NCBI GenBank assembly: GCA_965219575.1
Contig: OZ244779.1
Coordinates: forward strand, 748,769-812,768
Origin: Candidatus Oxydemutatoraceae bacterium
GTDB lineage: Bacteria > Pseudomonadota > Gammaproteobacteria > Poriferisulfidales > Oxydemutatoraceae
Direction of reading: 5' to 3'
Length of the DNA stretch: 64,000 bases
Shown: positions 33,779 through 46,445 of the stretch, in pieces
Numbering within the stretch: position 1 is the stretch's first letter
Layout: every line of letters begins with the position of its first letter
Notes under the pieces: generated by a model
Seen by the model: the letters and a program-made list of their open reading frames with translations, nothing else
Database searches by the model: none
Told to the model about the DNA's origin: nothing
Position numbers and translations under genes: made by a program

Positions 33779-33780
33779 CG

Positions 33781-36492
<2,712 letters not shown>

Positions 36493-36494
<2 letters not shown>

Positions 36495-36590
36495 ACCGCC
36501 GATTGAGCCGGTAGGTCAATCGGCGTGACATTGTGCGAAACCCCAACACATAGTACAAAATGTAAAGCCTTTCCACAGGGTGGTTGCAAT
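36493..36590 (+). repeat. Hairpin-plus-spacer repeat module at the ligA stop
   Basis: TGA-accgccgattgagccggtaggtcaatcggcgtgacattgtgcgaa...; homologous to 10946-11046. Confidence 0.85.
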
Positions 36591-36592
36591 GG

Positions 36593-36842
36593 GGGGCTGT
36601 TGAAAAAGTGCGGACATCGCTCAAACCCAACCGCTGTGCGCCGTGAATATTTACAAACCGCCGTAGGGGCGGACTAGCATGTCCGCCCTAAAGTACCGTT
36701 CTGCACAGCCGTAATCGCTTGCGCCGGATGGTTTTGGTTTACATAAATTAACTGGTGTACGATTTTATTTGTGCAAACGCAGCGCGTTTCGAGAAGGTAT
36801 GTTATCTCCCTACGGTTCATAAAATACTTTTTCAACAGCCCC
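36593..36842. mobile_element. MITE-like non-coding element, copy B
   Basis: 17-bp perfect terminal inverted repeat GGGGCTGTTGAAAAAGT / ACTTTTTCAACAGCCCC. Contains GTAGGGGCGGAC-tagcat-GTCCGCCC. Confidence 0.72.
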
Positions 36843-36879
36843 GTCGTGTCTGCACAAGCTAATTCCCCTCCGAAGGAGG

Positions 36880-36922
36880 GGGCAGCAGTAATAAGCACGT
36901 TGGTGTTTATACAATAATTCAT
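36880..36922 (-). pseudogene. 5' stub of a DUF4411/PIN-like gene
   Basis: ATG overlaps the stop of the upstream XRE/IrrE gene (ATGA). MNYCINTNVLITA resembles the PIN N-terminal 'YxxDTNxxI' strand, then runs into repeats. Confidence 0.55.
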
Positions 36923-38073
36923 AGTAGGGTTTCTAATTCCAACGCATCCGACACTTTCTTGATCCCGACCAATTTACAAAATTTATGCAAACCGATTTCT
37001 TGATTTCGATACATCTGCACAACCGTTTTAGAGTAAATAGTGCCGTACTGCTCCAGAGCCTCTTTTACTATATTTCTTGATATCCTTCCCCCTTGTAGCT
37101 TGTTTTTGTAAGCAAGATAATTTTTTCTCAACTGATTTTCAAGTGCATTGTATTGTGGTTGAGTGATAACATCCAGATGTTTCATTCTCACTAAAAAAGC
37201 ATAAGAACTGACCTGGAATTTTTTTGCCGGTTTTTCGATTTGTCTCATTTGTTTTTCTAATGGTTCCTCGTGAGAGAATGTTTCCACTTCGCGTAAAAAA
37301 TCTTCCTCGGGCATCAAAACCGCCCCGGCAAACATATCGCACCATTTTTCTTCGTCTTCCTGTAATTCTATTTTTTTTTGCTCGTCTAGAGCACTTTGTT
37401 TTTTAAGTAAGTGTCCCAACTCGTGAAACAATGTAAATGATTGTGCTTTATATGTATCGGAGTTATTGATGACGATAATCGGTAAGGTGTCATAATATAC
37501 GGACAGCCCTCGAAATTTATCAGGCTCAACTTTTGACCAGCTCGAGTATTTGCTGGTTGTAAAAATGAAGACATTATTATCTTCAAGCATACGCTTCCAT
37601 TCAATAAGTGGGTACGACATATCCGTACATCCTAACCACTTGCGAGTAATCTCTGCGGTAGCTTTGAAGTCACTTTCCATTATTTGCGGTGGCGAGAAAG
37701 GTTGTACGGGTTCTTCCATGTCGTCTCTGAATTCTAATAACAATTCTCTGAACCGTTCCACGTTTGCTATTACAGACCTTATTTCATAACCACTAATAGG
37801 ACTATTCCGGAATTTTCTATAAGATGCAAAATTTTCAAAACGGTATTTAGCAGGTAGTTCTCTCCTCAAAAAAACCCACGCTGGTACATGGTATCGCTTA
37901 GCGAGCTTTTCAATTTGCTTAATGGTGGGATATTTTTCACCTGCTTCAATGCCGGCAAGTGTACGCAATCCAGCTTTTTTCTCGGCTTGTTCTATACTCA
38001 ATCCGATTTGTTCTCGGCATTGACGCAGAATTTGAGGGTTGATATTTTCTATCTGCCGATTAGCCATTGCCAT
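36919..38073 (-). CDS. XRE HTH - ImmA/IrrE (COG2856-type) metallopeptidase
   Basis: INPQILRQCRE...IEAGEKYPTIKQI HTH; FTLFHELGH (HExxH); EKWCDMFAGAVLMP. Confidence 0.9.
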   Translation of the reverse strand: MAMANRQIENINPQILRQCREQIGLSIEQAEKKAGLRTLAGIEAGEKYPTIKQIEKLAKRYHVPAWVFLRRELPAKYRFENFASYRKFRNSPISGYEIRSVIANVERFRELLLEFRDDMEEPVQPFSPPQIMESDFKATAEITRKWLGCTDMSYPLIEWKRMLEDNNVFIFTTSKYSSWSKVEPDKFRGLSVYYDTLPIIVINNSDTYKAQSFTLFHELGHLLKKQSALDEQKKIELQEDEEKWCDMFAGAVLMPEEDFLREVETFSHEEPLEKQMRQIEKPAKKFQVSSYAFLVRMKHLDVITQPQYNALENQLRKNYLAYKNKLQGGRISRNIVKEALEQYGTIYSKTVVQMYRNQEIGLHKFCKLVGIKKVSDALELETLL

Positions 38074-38094
38074 ATTTAAGGTTAGTACACCTAA

Positions 38095-38982
38095 TTAAGG
38101 TTCGTTTACTCGGTTTAGCGAGTCTCCCTCTATCACGCCCTGCATTCGTGCCGCTTTGATCGTATTTTCAATGAGGCTGGCAACCGTCATCGGGCCGGTG
38201 CCACCCGGCATCGGTGTAATCGCTCCGGCAACCTCTTTGACTTCGTCAAAAATGACATCGCCTATGATTTTTCCGTCTACCGAAGTGATACCTACATCAA
38301 AAACGGCAGCCCCCGGTTTGACGGCGGATTTGCCGATCAGTCCGTTGATGCCGGCGGCAGCGACGATAATGTCGGCATTACGGCAAATATCTTCTATAGC
38401 TTCGGTTTTAGAATGGCACAGCGTTACGCTCGCATCGATACCGTGCTTGCATAATAGTAGCATTTGCGGTATGCCGACCAGATACGATCGTCCTATCACA
38501 ACGGCGGTGCGCCCTTCGGTTGTAATGTTGTATTCTTTGATGAATCGCATGACACCCAACGGCGTACAAGGCACCATGCCGACCTCGTCTTTAATCAAGC
38601 GTCCCATGCTTTGTATGGTCAAGCCGTCAACATCCTTTTCCGGTGGAATCATTTCTAACAGACGGTCGGTGTCTAAGTGTTCGGGCAGAGGTAATTGTAG
38701 TAGGATACCGTGTACCTGATCATCGTTGGCAAGATTCAGTAGTGTGTCTTCGACTTGATCGTTGCTTACATCGGCGGATAATTCAACTAAACGAGGTGTC
38801 AACCCCGCTTTTTTAGCGAGCCGCATCTTCAAGTTCACATAAAGGCGACTCGGTGCATAATCACCGATTAGTACGGTAGCTAAAACAATCTCGGGATAGT
38901 TTAATTCGGCTAACTGCTCTGCACAATTTTGAGCGATCTTTTGCGACAGACTTTGTCCATCCATAATAATCGCCTGTTGCAT
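38095..38982 (-). CDS. folD: Methylene-THF dehydrogenase/cyclohydrolase
   Basis: GILLQLPLP, KDVDG, PCTPLG, GRSYLVG, TPMPGGTGPMTVA. Confidence 0.94.
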   Translation of the reverse strand: MQQAIIMDGQSLSQKIAQNCAEQLAELNYPEIVLATVLIGDYAPSRLYVNLKMRLAKKAGLTPRLVELSADVSNDQVEDTLLNLANDDQVHGILLQLPLPEHLDTDRLLEMIPPEKDVDGLTIQSMGRLIKDEVGMVPCTPLGVMRFIKEYNITTEGRTAVVIGRSYLVGIPQMLLLCKHGIDASVTLCHSKTEAIEDICRNADIIVAAAGINGLIGKSAVKPGAAVFDVGITSVDGKIIGDVIFDEVKEVAGAITPMPGGTGPMTVASLIENTIKAARMQGVIEGDSLNRVNEP

Positions 38983-39006
38983 GATTGTGATCTCGGTGAA
39001 CTTGCC

Positions 39007-39930
39007 TTAAGTCGGTTGCTTGTCGGGGTGTAGATAGATTAGGCTTTTGCCTAGCTTGCCGCCGTAGTTGCCTGCCGAAATCATGATTAGACCTTCGGTA
39101 TTTTTGGATGCCGATATCGCCGCTTGGGTGGCATCGATGATAGCTTCTATGTTTCGACCGTTCATAATGATTTCCATCACCGAGGCAACTCCTTCGGGCA
39201 ACCCGTATTCTACATCGGGGTTTTGTTGGAGCATCGGACAGAATTTTTCGTAGGTGCTGGCAATCGTAAAATCGTAGCGGCTACCTGCCTTAGAGCCACT
39301 TCCGGCAATACCGCCCGGAAAAGTCGTGACGACCTCGGGCATCGGAGCAATCGCTGCAACACCTTTTTCGGCGGCGTCGAGTGCCGAATCGGTATCTTTG
39401 CCGAAGAACCATAAATTCCCGCCCATCAAACCTTCGCTATAGCCGAGACGGCGATCTAATATAAATTCTCCTCCGAGTATCGGTATCCACCACATCTTCC
39501 GCCCGAAACGTTCTATACGTTTTTGATAACCGTTGCCGAAGTAAGCGACTTTGCGTCCCATCTGATAATAGTCCTCGCTATCCTCCAGCGTATTGAAGCA
39601 AGACGCAGTCGGGCAAGTCAAGACATTTTGGCTGATACGCACCAACGCCGCTCGTTCAAGCCGTGCGACACGATCCTTCCAGAAGCGCGGCACATGTAGT
39701 TGGATAATTGCGCCCGGACGTCCGTCAGGGGTTTGCGCACGCTCGTCGCCGCCCGGGCCTACATAACGATCCATGCCGGCTTCGCAATCGCAGAGTATAG
39801 AACTAGACGCATTACCGGTGCAGGCGTTAATCGCATGGTCTAACCATTTACGATCTCTGGCAGTGATTAAAAACTCTACATAGAGACTCTTAAAGGCTTC
39901 TGCATAAGTATCGTCTATTTTGGCGGTCAT
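39007..39930 (-). CDS. Formylmethanofuran--tetrahydromethanopterin formyltransferase (Ftr/FhcD family)
   Basis: IDDTYAEAF, CEAG, TPDGRPG, QNVLTCPT, FGNGYQ, GGNLW, FPGGIAGSGSK, ISAGNYGGKLG. Confidence 0.9.
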   Translation of the reverse strand: MTAKIDDTYAEAFKSLYVEFLITARDRKWLDHAINACTGNASSSILCDCEAGMDRYVGPGGDERAQTPDGRPGAIIQLHVPRFWKDRVARLERAALVRISQNVLTCPTASCFNTLEDSEDYYQMGRKVAYFGNGYQKRIERFGRKMWWIPILGGEFILDRRLGYSEGLMGGNLWFFGKDTDSALDAAEKGVAAIAPMPEVVTTFPGGIAGSGSKAGSRYDFTIASTYEKFCPMLQQNPDVEYGLPEGVASVMEIIMNGRNIEAIIDATQAAISASKNTEGLIMISAGNYGGKLGKSLIYLHPDKQPT

Positions 39931-40562
39931 TAGTCCCTTCCTCGGCCCTCGTAGATGTCTTTTTCGGTAATGACTTTATCCATGAATATATCGTGCGGTC
40001 CTACCAGTATTTCTTCGAATAACTGTGATTCGTAACAGATAGCTATCAGCGGACAATCTTTGCGTGCCCTTTCCAACAGGCGGTCATAGTATCCTTGACC
40101 GTTGCCCATGCGCCCGCCGTTGCGGTCAAAACCGACACCGGGCACCATAACGATATCAAGTTCTTCGGGTTCTACCTCTTTGTCGGGGTTACCCCATAAT
40201 TCGCGTGGTGGTTCCAAGATGTTCCATTTACCGACGATCAACTCGTCGAAATTGCTCAAATGCCAAAGTCCCAACTTATTGTCGCCTTTCTCGTCCACCG
40301 TGCAGTAGGGGACGATAATTTTCTTGTCTTGTTTATCGATTTCTAGTTGCAGATGTTTTTTAGTGCGCGTCTCGGAACGGCAATCTATATACCACATTAC
40401 GGTTTTCGCATTTTGGTATTCCGGCAAAGCAATGAATTTTTCGCAGATGCTTTCGCTAATTTCATCTTTGTTTTCTTGCGCTGCTCTTGCGTCGTATGCT
40501 TTGCGCCGCATGATGTTTTTTTGTTCCATCAGAGCCTTTAGCTCTTCTTGTGTTAATGGCAT
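39930..40562 (-). CDS. 5-formyltetrahydrofolate cyclo-ligase
   Basis: ILEPP, DIVMVPGVGFDRNGGRMGNGQGYYDRLL, PHDIFMDKVITE. Stop overlaps the ftr ATG (TAATG). Confidence 0.92.
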   Translation of the reverse strand: MPLTQEELKALMEQKNIMRRKAYDARAAQENKDEISESICEKFIALPEYQNAKTVMWYIDCRSETRTKKHLQLEIDKQDKKIIVPYCTVDEKGDNKLGLWHLSNFDELIVGKWNILEPPRELWGNPDKEVEPEELDIVMVPGVGFDRNGGRMGNGQGYYDRLLERARKDCPLIAICYESQLFEEILVGPHDIFMDKVITEKDIYEGRGRD

Positions 40563-40653
40563 ATTAAACTCCTTAAAATTGAAGTGGGATTAATCATTTT
40601 CGTTAGTTCACGAATATCGGGTTTTGTTTAAGTAGGCTATTATAAACGATTAG

Positions 40654-41085
40654 TCAATGACAACTAAGCCCTAATTTTTTCAACCGCCAATAGTTATACG
40701 GCCATGGTGTGACAAAGCCTGCCACCAATATAGGCAATATTGCCGCAAGCGTCAGCCTTGCCTCTCCGGTGATAATAAAATCGGTGGTATTCATCGCTAT
40801 CTCCATTGCCAACATGGCAATAAAACTCATCCCCAGTGCCGTCCGCAATGCGGTTACAAACGGGAAGTTTTGTCGTTTAATCAAAATAAAAGTCTCTAAT
40901 AAAATGCTACTAATCAAACCATTGACCATTGCGAGCAACATAATAAACAGTGTAGGCCACCGAATACCGGCAATCTGGAAATATGCAATCGTGCCTAAAT
41001 CACCGGTTGCGCAGCCGATCAAACACCACCAAGTGTTATATGCGCTCTTTTTCCAAATAGGACCGGATGTCCAAAACTCAAGCAT
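40654..41085 (-). CDS. DUF4396-family membrane protein
   Basis: NTWWCLIGCATGD, MSFIAMLAMEIAMN, AGFVTPWPYNYWRLK. Confidence 0.8.
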   Translation of the reverse strand: MLEFWTSGPIWKKSAYNTWWCLIGCATGDLGTIAYFQIAGIRWPTLFIMLLAMVNGLISSILLETFILIKRQNFPFVTALRTALGMSFIAMLAMEIAMNTTDFIITGEARLTLAAILPILVAGFVTPWPYNYWRLKKLGLSCH

Positions 41086-41212
41086 CGTATCTATCTAATT
41101 ATTAATATGTTTAACCATCAATTTTTGCGAGCCACTTGTAGGAGTGAACCTACACAATCACTGCATTATGTAAAGTATCAAATTGACACACCTGCACTGT
41201 TTCGCACTTATA

Positions 41213-41407
41213 AGGATAAACCTTAGTTTATCCGACCTGCATATCTACGCAGAGTTTCTGCACAACGTGATACCACTTGCCCAACCGGAGCAAGTGGTGG
41301 TTTTATAGTCTATCCGACCTACATACCCATGCGTAGGGGCGGACTAACATGTCCGCCTTCGCACAATGTCACGCCACTTGCCCCACTAGGGCAAGTGGCG
41401 GTTCTAT
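41213..41407. repeat. Cluster of REP-like hairpins at the ilvD 3' end
   Basis: ggataaac-cttag-tttatccgacctgc; ccacttgc-ccaaccgga-gcaagtgg; tatccgacctac; GTAGGGGCGGAC-taacat-GTCCGCC; cgccacttgccc-cacta-gggcaagtggcg-gttc. Confidence 0.8.
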
Positions 41408-43080
41408 TCGGTCACCGCACCTTCGGAAGCGGAAGCTACGAGCCGTGCATATTTAGCCAGTGTGCCTCGTCGTTGCTCGGTTTTGGGGGCTTTCCATTGC
41501 TTTAGTCGCTGTTTGATCCGTGTTTCGGACAAGTTGAGATTTATAGTCTTTGCTACTGCGTCGATGGTAATAGAATCGCCGTTTTTGACGATAGCCAAGG
41601 GACCGCCGGTTGCCGCTTCGGGAGTGATATGTCCGACGACAAAGCCGTGACTGCCTCCGGAAAATCGCCCGTCGGTAATCAACGCAACATGGGACCCTAA
41701 TCCTTGCCCCATAATTGCGGAAGTCGGCGATAGCATTTCTCGCATGCCGGGGCCTCCACGCGGGCCTTCGTAGCGAATTACGATAACATTTCCTTTGTTA
41801 ATTTTTCCCGACAAAATATCTTGCAATGCCTCCTCTTCGGAATTGAATACCCGAGCAGTCCCGGTGAATTGCGTGCCTTCTTTGCCGGTGATTTTGGCGA
41901 CCGCACCCCGAGGTGCTAGGTTGCCTCGCAGAATCACGAGGTGGCTGTCGGCTTTTATCGGATTGTCCCAATCGCGGATAATTTGTTGCTTTTTAGGATA
42001 GTCGGAAGTATCTTCTAGGTCTTGTTCCAAGGTTTTACCGGTAACGCTTAGACAGTCGCCGTGCAGCAATCCTTTTTCGAGCAACCGTTTCATCAACGGG
42101 CGTATGCCACCGATGCGAATCAACTCGGACATGCGGTAGCGACCGCTGGGTCTAAGATCGGCAAGCACCGGCACCTTGCATCCTATTCTCGAAAAATCGT
42201 CGAGTTTTAGTTTTACACCGGCACTATGCGCCATCGCAATCAGATGTAATACTGCATTAGTCGAACCACCCAACGCAGTGACGACTGTGATTGCGTTTTC
42301 AAATGCCTTTTTGGTCATAATATCGCGTGGCAGTATTTGCTTTTTGATTAAATTGATTAACAACTTTCCGGCACCGGTACAATCTTCGGACTTGGCGCGC
42401 GATACCGCATTTTGTGCCGAGCTTCCGGGTCTGCTCATGCCGAGAGCCTCTATCGCCGAAGCCATCGTATTGGCGGTGTACATGCCACCGCAAGAACCCG
42501 GACCGGGAATCGCGCAAGATTCAATCTGCTTGAATTGTTTGGCACTCATTTTGCCTTTTGCTTTACTTCCCACGCTTTCAAATACACTGATGATATCTAG
42601 TTTTTGTTTACCTAAAATGCCCGGTAAAATGGTGCCGCCGTATATGAATATCGCCGGACGATTTAGACGGGCGATTGCCATCATGCAACCCGGCATATTT
42701 TTGTCGCAACCGCCGATAGCGATGAGACCGTCAAAACCCTCGCATCCTACAACCGTCTCTATCGAGTCGGCAATCACTTCACGCGACACCAGAGAATATT
42801 TCATACCCTCGGTGCCCATAGAAATGCCGTCGGAAACGGTAATCGTATTGAATATCAGAGCTTTGCCGCCGGCATCGTCAACCGCGCTCGCCGCCCGTCT
42901 AGCCAGACGATCAATGTGCATATTGCAGGGTGTGACCTCGGCCCATGTCGAAGCAACCCCGACTTGTGGTTTGTTAAAATCTTTGTCTTTGAAACCTACG
43001 GCGCGCAGCATCGAGCGACTGGGGGCACGCGCGTCGCCGTCGACGATTATCGAAGAGTGCGGTCTAATGTTTTTAGCCAT
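41404..43080 (-). CDS. ilvD: Dihydroxy-acid dehydratase
   Basis: [52 protein letters not shown]. Confidence 0.98.
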   Translation of the reverse strand: MAKNIRPHSSIIVDGDARAPSRSMLRAVGFKDKDFNKPQVGVASTWAEVTPCNMHIDRLARRAASAVDDAGGKALIFNTITVSDGISMGTEGMKYSLVSREVIADSIETVVGCEGFDGLIAIGGCDKNMPGCMMAIARLNRPAIFIYGGTILPGILGKQKLDIISVFESVGSKAKGKMSAKQFKQIESCAIPGPGSCGGMYTANTMASAIEALGMSRPGSSAQNAVSRAKSEDCTGAGKLLINLIKKQILPRDIMTKKAFENAITVVTALGGSTNAVLHLIAMAHSAGVKLKLDDFSRIGCKVPVLADLRPSGRYRMSELIRIGGIRPLMKRLLEKGLLHGDCLSVTGKTLEQDLEDTSDYPKKQQIIRDWDNPIKADSHLVILRGNLAPRGAVAKITGKEGTQFTGTARVFNSEEEALQDILSGKINKGNVIVIRYEGPRGGPGMREMLSPTSAIMGQGLGSHVALITDGRFSGGSHGFVVGHITPEAATGGPLAIVKNGDSITIDAVAKTINLNLSETRIKQRLKQWKAPKTEQRRGTLAKYARLVASASEGAVTE

Positions 43081-43086
43081 TGCGCT

Positions 43087-43115
43087 ATTGTACAACAATA
43101 CCTCAGGTAGGCGAA
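43087..43115 (-). promoter_or_regulatory. Putative sigma-70 promoter of ilvD abutting the IS target duplication
   Basis: Minus strand TTCGCC-17 bp-TACAAT. It would start transcription very close to the ATG. Confidence 0.35.
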
Positions 43116-43131
43116 TGTTATTGAATCTCCG

Positions 43132-45047
43132 TGTAAGCGCAAAGTAGTAATGTCACCTTTCGCCAAAGTAGAAATGTCACCTTTAGGGGACAATAAAGCA
43201 TTTTTAACCCAGCTTAGGAGAAGATGCAATGAACGAAGGAACTTACTCTATGTCAGACAAAGAAATAGAACGCCACCATGTCCTCAAGCGATGCTTGGAG
43301 GAAAAATTACCGAGAGCCAAGGCCGCACAGATGCTCAACATCAGCGTCCGCCATGTGAAGCGATTATTAAGTGCCTATCGCAAGCAAGATATCAAGGCAC
43401 TGATATCTAAACGACGCGGTAAGCCTTCAAACAATAAAATACCGGAGACAATCAAACAACTAGCCGTTAAGCTCATTCGTGAGAACTATCACGATTTCGG
43501 ACCGACTTTTGCACATGAGCAGTTGTTTGAATGTCATGGGCATTTATTTGACCGCTCATTCAGCGTTGAAACCTTGCGCAAGTGGATGATTGCAGAGGGG
43601 CTACACCAGGGTAAGCGACGCAATGCAATCAAAACGCATCAAAGCCGTCCCAGACAAACTGGCTTCGGCAAACTCATACAGATTGACGGTTCGACCCACG
43701 ATTGGTTTGAAGGGCGAGGCGACCCCTGCACGCTCATTATATTTATTGACGATGCCACCTCACAGATTACCGCATTGCATTTCTGTGCTGCCGAGACCAC
43801 CTTTGATTATATGCGAACACTCAAACAGCATATCCAACGCCATGGCTGCCCGTTGTGCCTGTATTCCGACCGCCATAGCATCTTTAGCAACAATGCCAAA
43901 GAGCAACACATCTTTCAACAACCGACCCAGTTCCAAAGTGCTTTGCAACAAATGGAAATTGAACTATGCCTGGCACGCACACCGCAAGCTAAAGGACGCG
44001 TTGAACGCGCATTCAAAACCCTGCAAGACCGATGGGTCAAACTCATGAGGCTTCACAACATCTGCTCTATTGAGGAAGCTAACCAGTTTGCTCAATGGTA
44101 TCTCCCAAAACACAATCAGCAGTTCGCCACGAAGCCTCTAGACAGCCACGACTATCATCGCAAAATGCCTCTCACCCAGCGAGAATTAGCACTGGCTTTG
44201 TCTAAACAGAGTACTAGAAAGTTATCGAAAAACCTCATCTGTCAGCATCATAATATACAGTATCTTATCAAAACCAAGAAACCCGGTTATGCGATGCGTG
44301 GCGCATCGGTCACCGTGTGCGAGCTACTCAATGGCGAGATTGTCATACTCTACAAAGGGCGGGAGTTGGCGCATGATATCTACTGCGAACACCCCCACTG
44401 TCTCAACCGTACAACGACAAAACAATCAATCTAGCGGTAGATGAGATTGTGGCAAAACACCGTCGCGGTCATAAGCCGAAGCCGACCCACCCGTGGAGAC
44501 GCTACAATAAGGATTATCTCAGTGCCAAGCAGAAGTAATCAGAACCGGTGTTTTCCCAGACTTACGCACAGGCTGTCTAACATGCCTGTGCCACTGCAAA
44601 CGCATCATTCGTCAAACCACGAGATAGCAACCGAGCACCACACACGCTCTAAAATGCTTGGGAATTGGAAGGTAGTAGAGTTCATCTCAACTAGAGATCG
44701 TCTCTTAACGGCACGCTATAGAGCTTGTTTTTTAGTCGGCAAGCCTGATTTAGGCAAAAACAAGCACTGGCACCGCATACGCTCTAAAATGCTTGGAAAT
44801 TGGAAGGTAGTAGAGTTCATCTCAACTAGAGATCGTCTCTTAACGGCACGCTATGGGGCTTGTTTTTTAGTCGGCAAGCCTGATTTAGGCAAAAACAAGC
44901 AGTATTAGCCAATTTATCACCTAGTCGAATAATCAACTAACGGACATAAAGTAATCTTAGATATCTAGTTTCCTGAAGGTTTTATCGGCATCAAGGGTGA
45001 CATTTCTACTTTGGTCAAGGGGGTGACATTTCTACTTTGGGTTGACA
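43132..45047 (+). mobile_element. IS1202-group insertion sequence, copy 2, 1916 bp
   Basis: Appears identical to 3710-5626 apart from a 1-bp deletion. 16-bp direct repeat TGTTATTGAATCTCCG at 43116-43131 and 45048-45063. Confidence 0.93.
43229..44538 (+). pseudogene. IS1202-group transposase, frameshifted near codon 389
   Basis: C6 run in copy 1 is C5 here (44392-44396). The ORF stops at 44434 (401 aa versus 436 aa) with the DDE core intact. Could be a homopolymer sequencing error. Confidence 0.75.
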
Positions 45048-45077
45048 TGTTATTGAATCTCCGATTGAGCCGGTAGG

Positions 45078-45275
45078 GAGACTGTTAACTACTTTAAGAC
45101 TTTAATCTAAATTGTGTAAGTTTGAATTAAGATAAACTAGGTGGCAACACTGAACTAATAAAAGAGAACTTATGAAAGATATAAAAAGTACAGGGAAAGA
45201 ATTATGCCGTAAAGACCCAACAGGAGATGAGTGATGTGCTTGGTTGATTGGTTAAGTCGATATCGGAAATCTCAT
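45078..45275 (+). mobile_element. IS256-family left-end remnant
   Basis: GAGACTGTTAACTA...TTGTGTAAG end motif, then decayed N-terminal coding (MKDIKSTGKEL / VKTQQEMSDVLG*LVK) resembling IS256 transposase starts. Confidence 0.6.
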
Positions 45276-45315
45276 CTTTGTCATGGCTCAGTTTTTAGAG
45301 ACAAACCAGCCGGAA

Positions 45316-46356
45316 TTATTTCTTTTTACGAGAAAGGCTATCGTATAAATCTTTTTTAGGAATAGGCATGTAATTATTCCCCGACCTTTTCCTTCCGTCT
45401 AGTGATACGATTTTAGTTTTAGGGTTAAAGAATCTTACTATATCTACAAAACCGGAACCTGTTGTATATATCAACTTGGCTCTTGCCAAAACTAATAAAT
45501 CCATAAAGGCATCTCTCTTCTGCTGAAGATTACTCTCACCTAAATGCAGAGTTTCGTAATTAATTGATCGCTGAATACCTCTTGCGAACACTCTGCCCGG
45601 AAATGCAACATTCATCTCATCAATAAATTGTGCTTGATCGGAACACGCAAATATACGGCAGTGATTATCTAATACCTCTTTTAAGTAAACAATATAAGAT
45701 TCAAGAGTTATCACATATCTAAACCGAAGGTGTTTCTCTGTTATTACATCAGTACCACGAAAGTGAACTGCCACCCAATCCTCGTTAGTATTAAGATTAA
45801 TATACTCATCTGCATATTTCTCAAGGTTAGGTTTGATTGATAGTTTTAGTAATGTTCTATGACCGGATTTAGGAGGAACTAGATATTGTCCGATAAGTGC
45901 ACTAGAAATTTCTCCAAAGACTCCCTTGAGATTCTGTCTTGTCTTTATATGAGCTGAGGGGTGTTTTTTTCGGTACTGTTTTACATCAATATAATTTTCA
46001 AAAAAAGTTTCTACTCCCTTAGCATCACTATCAGAAGTAAATTCCAAATTTACTTTGAATTTTTCACAAAACCATGCACCACTGAAAACAAAATAAAGTA
46101 AAACTGGAAAACTAGGCCAATCATCTGAAAATTGTACAACTAGATATTTTCTATAAATAAAAATATCCTCTAATTCATAAAATTTGATAATTTTATAATG
46201 CTCTAAAATTGGCTTAAAGGATAAAAACTCGTTAAGAAATCTCTGATTACAAATACTAGCAGTACAAAGTACGTAAAAGGTAAATATTCTGAATTTCAAC
46301 TTTCTCCAAAGATATATCATTTTCCTCCCCAATATCATGCCGTATTTACAGATCAA
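45316..46356 (-). CDS. Putative GT-B fucosyltransferase (NodZ/GT23-like), paralog 2
   Basis: VAVHFRGTD, IFACSD, DAFMDLLVLARAK. C-terminal half nearly identical to 23523-24578. Confidence 0.7.
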   Translation of the reverse strand: MICKYGMILGRKMIYLWRKLKFRIFTFYVLCTASICNQRFLNEFLSFKPILEHYKIIKFYELEDIFIYRKYLVVQFSDDWPSFPVLLYFVFSGAWFCEKFKVNLEFTSDSDAKGVETFFENYIDVKQYRKKHPSAHIKTRQNLKGVFGEISSALIGQYLVPPKSGHRTLLKLSIKPNLEKYADEYINLNTNEDWVAVHFRGTDVITEKHLRFRYVITLESYIVYLKEVLDNHCRIFACSDQAQFIDEMNVAFPGRVFARGIQRSINYETLHLGESNLQQKRDAFMDLLVLARAKLIYTTGSGFVDIVRFFNPKTKIVSLDGRKRSGNNYMPIPKKDLYDSLSRKKK

Positions 46357-46377
46357 GTTGAAGTAGTTTTTTCATAT

Positions 46378-46440
46378 GGTGTTTGACTAGTTTAGGAGGC
46401 ACGATTTGATAAAATAGCTAACAATGATAACATATAGGAG
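46378..46440 (+). mobile_element. Isolated diverged left end of the IS1595-family element
   Basis: ggtgtttgactagtttaggaggcacgatttgataaaatagctaacaatg versus ggtacttgactagtttagggagtacgatttgataaaataactagtaatg (reverse complement read down from 58712). Confidence 0.75.
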
Positions 46441-46445
46441 ATATT

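Noticed and set aside
36674-36922. 82-aa ORF as a complete gene
   Set aside because: Beyond about codon 13 it reads through hairpin and MITE sequence.
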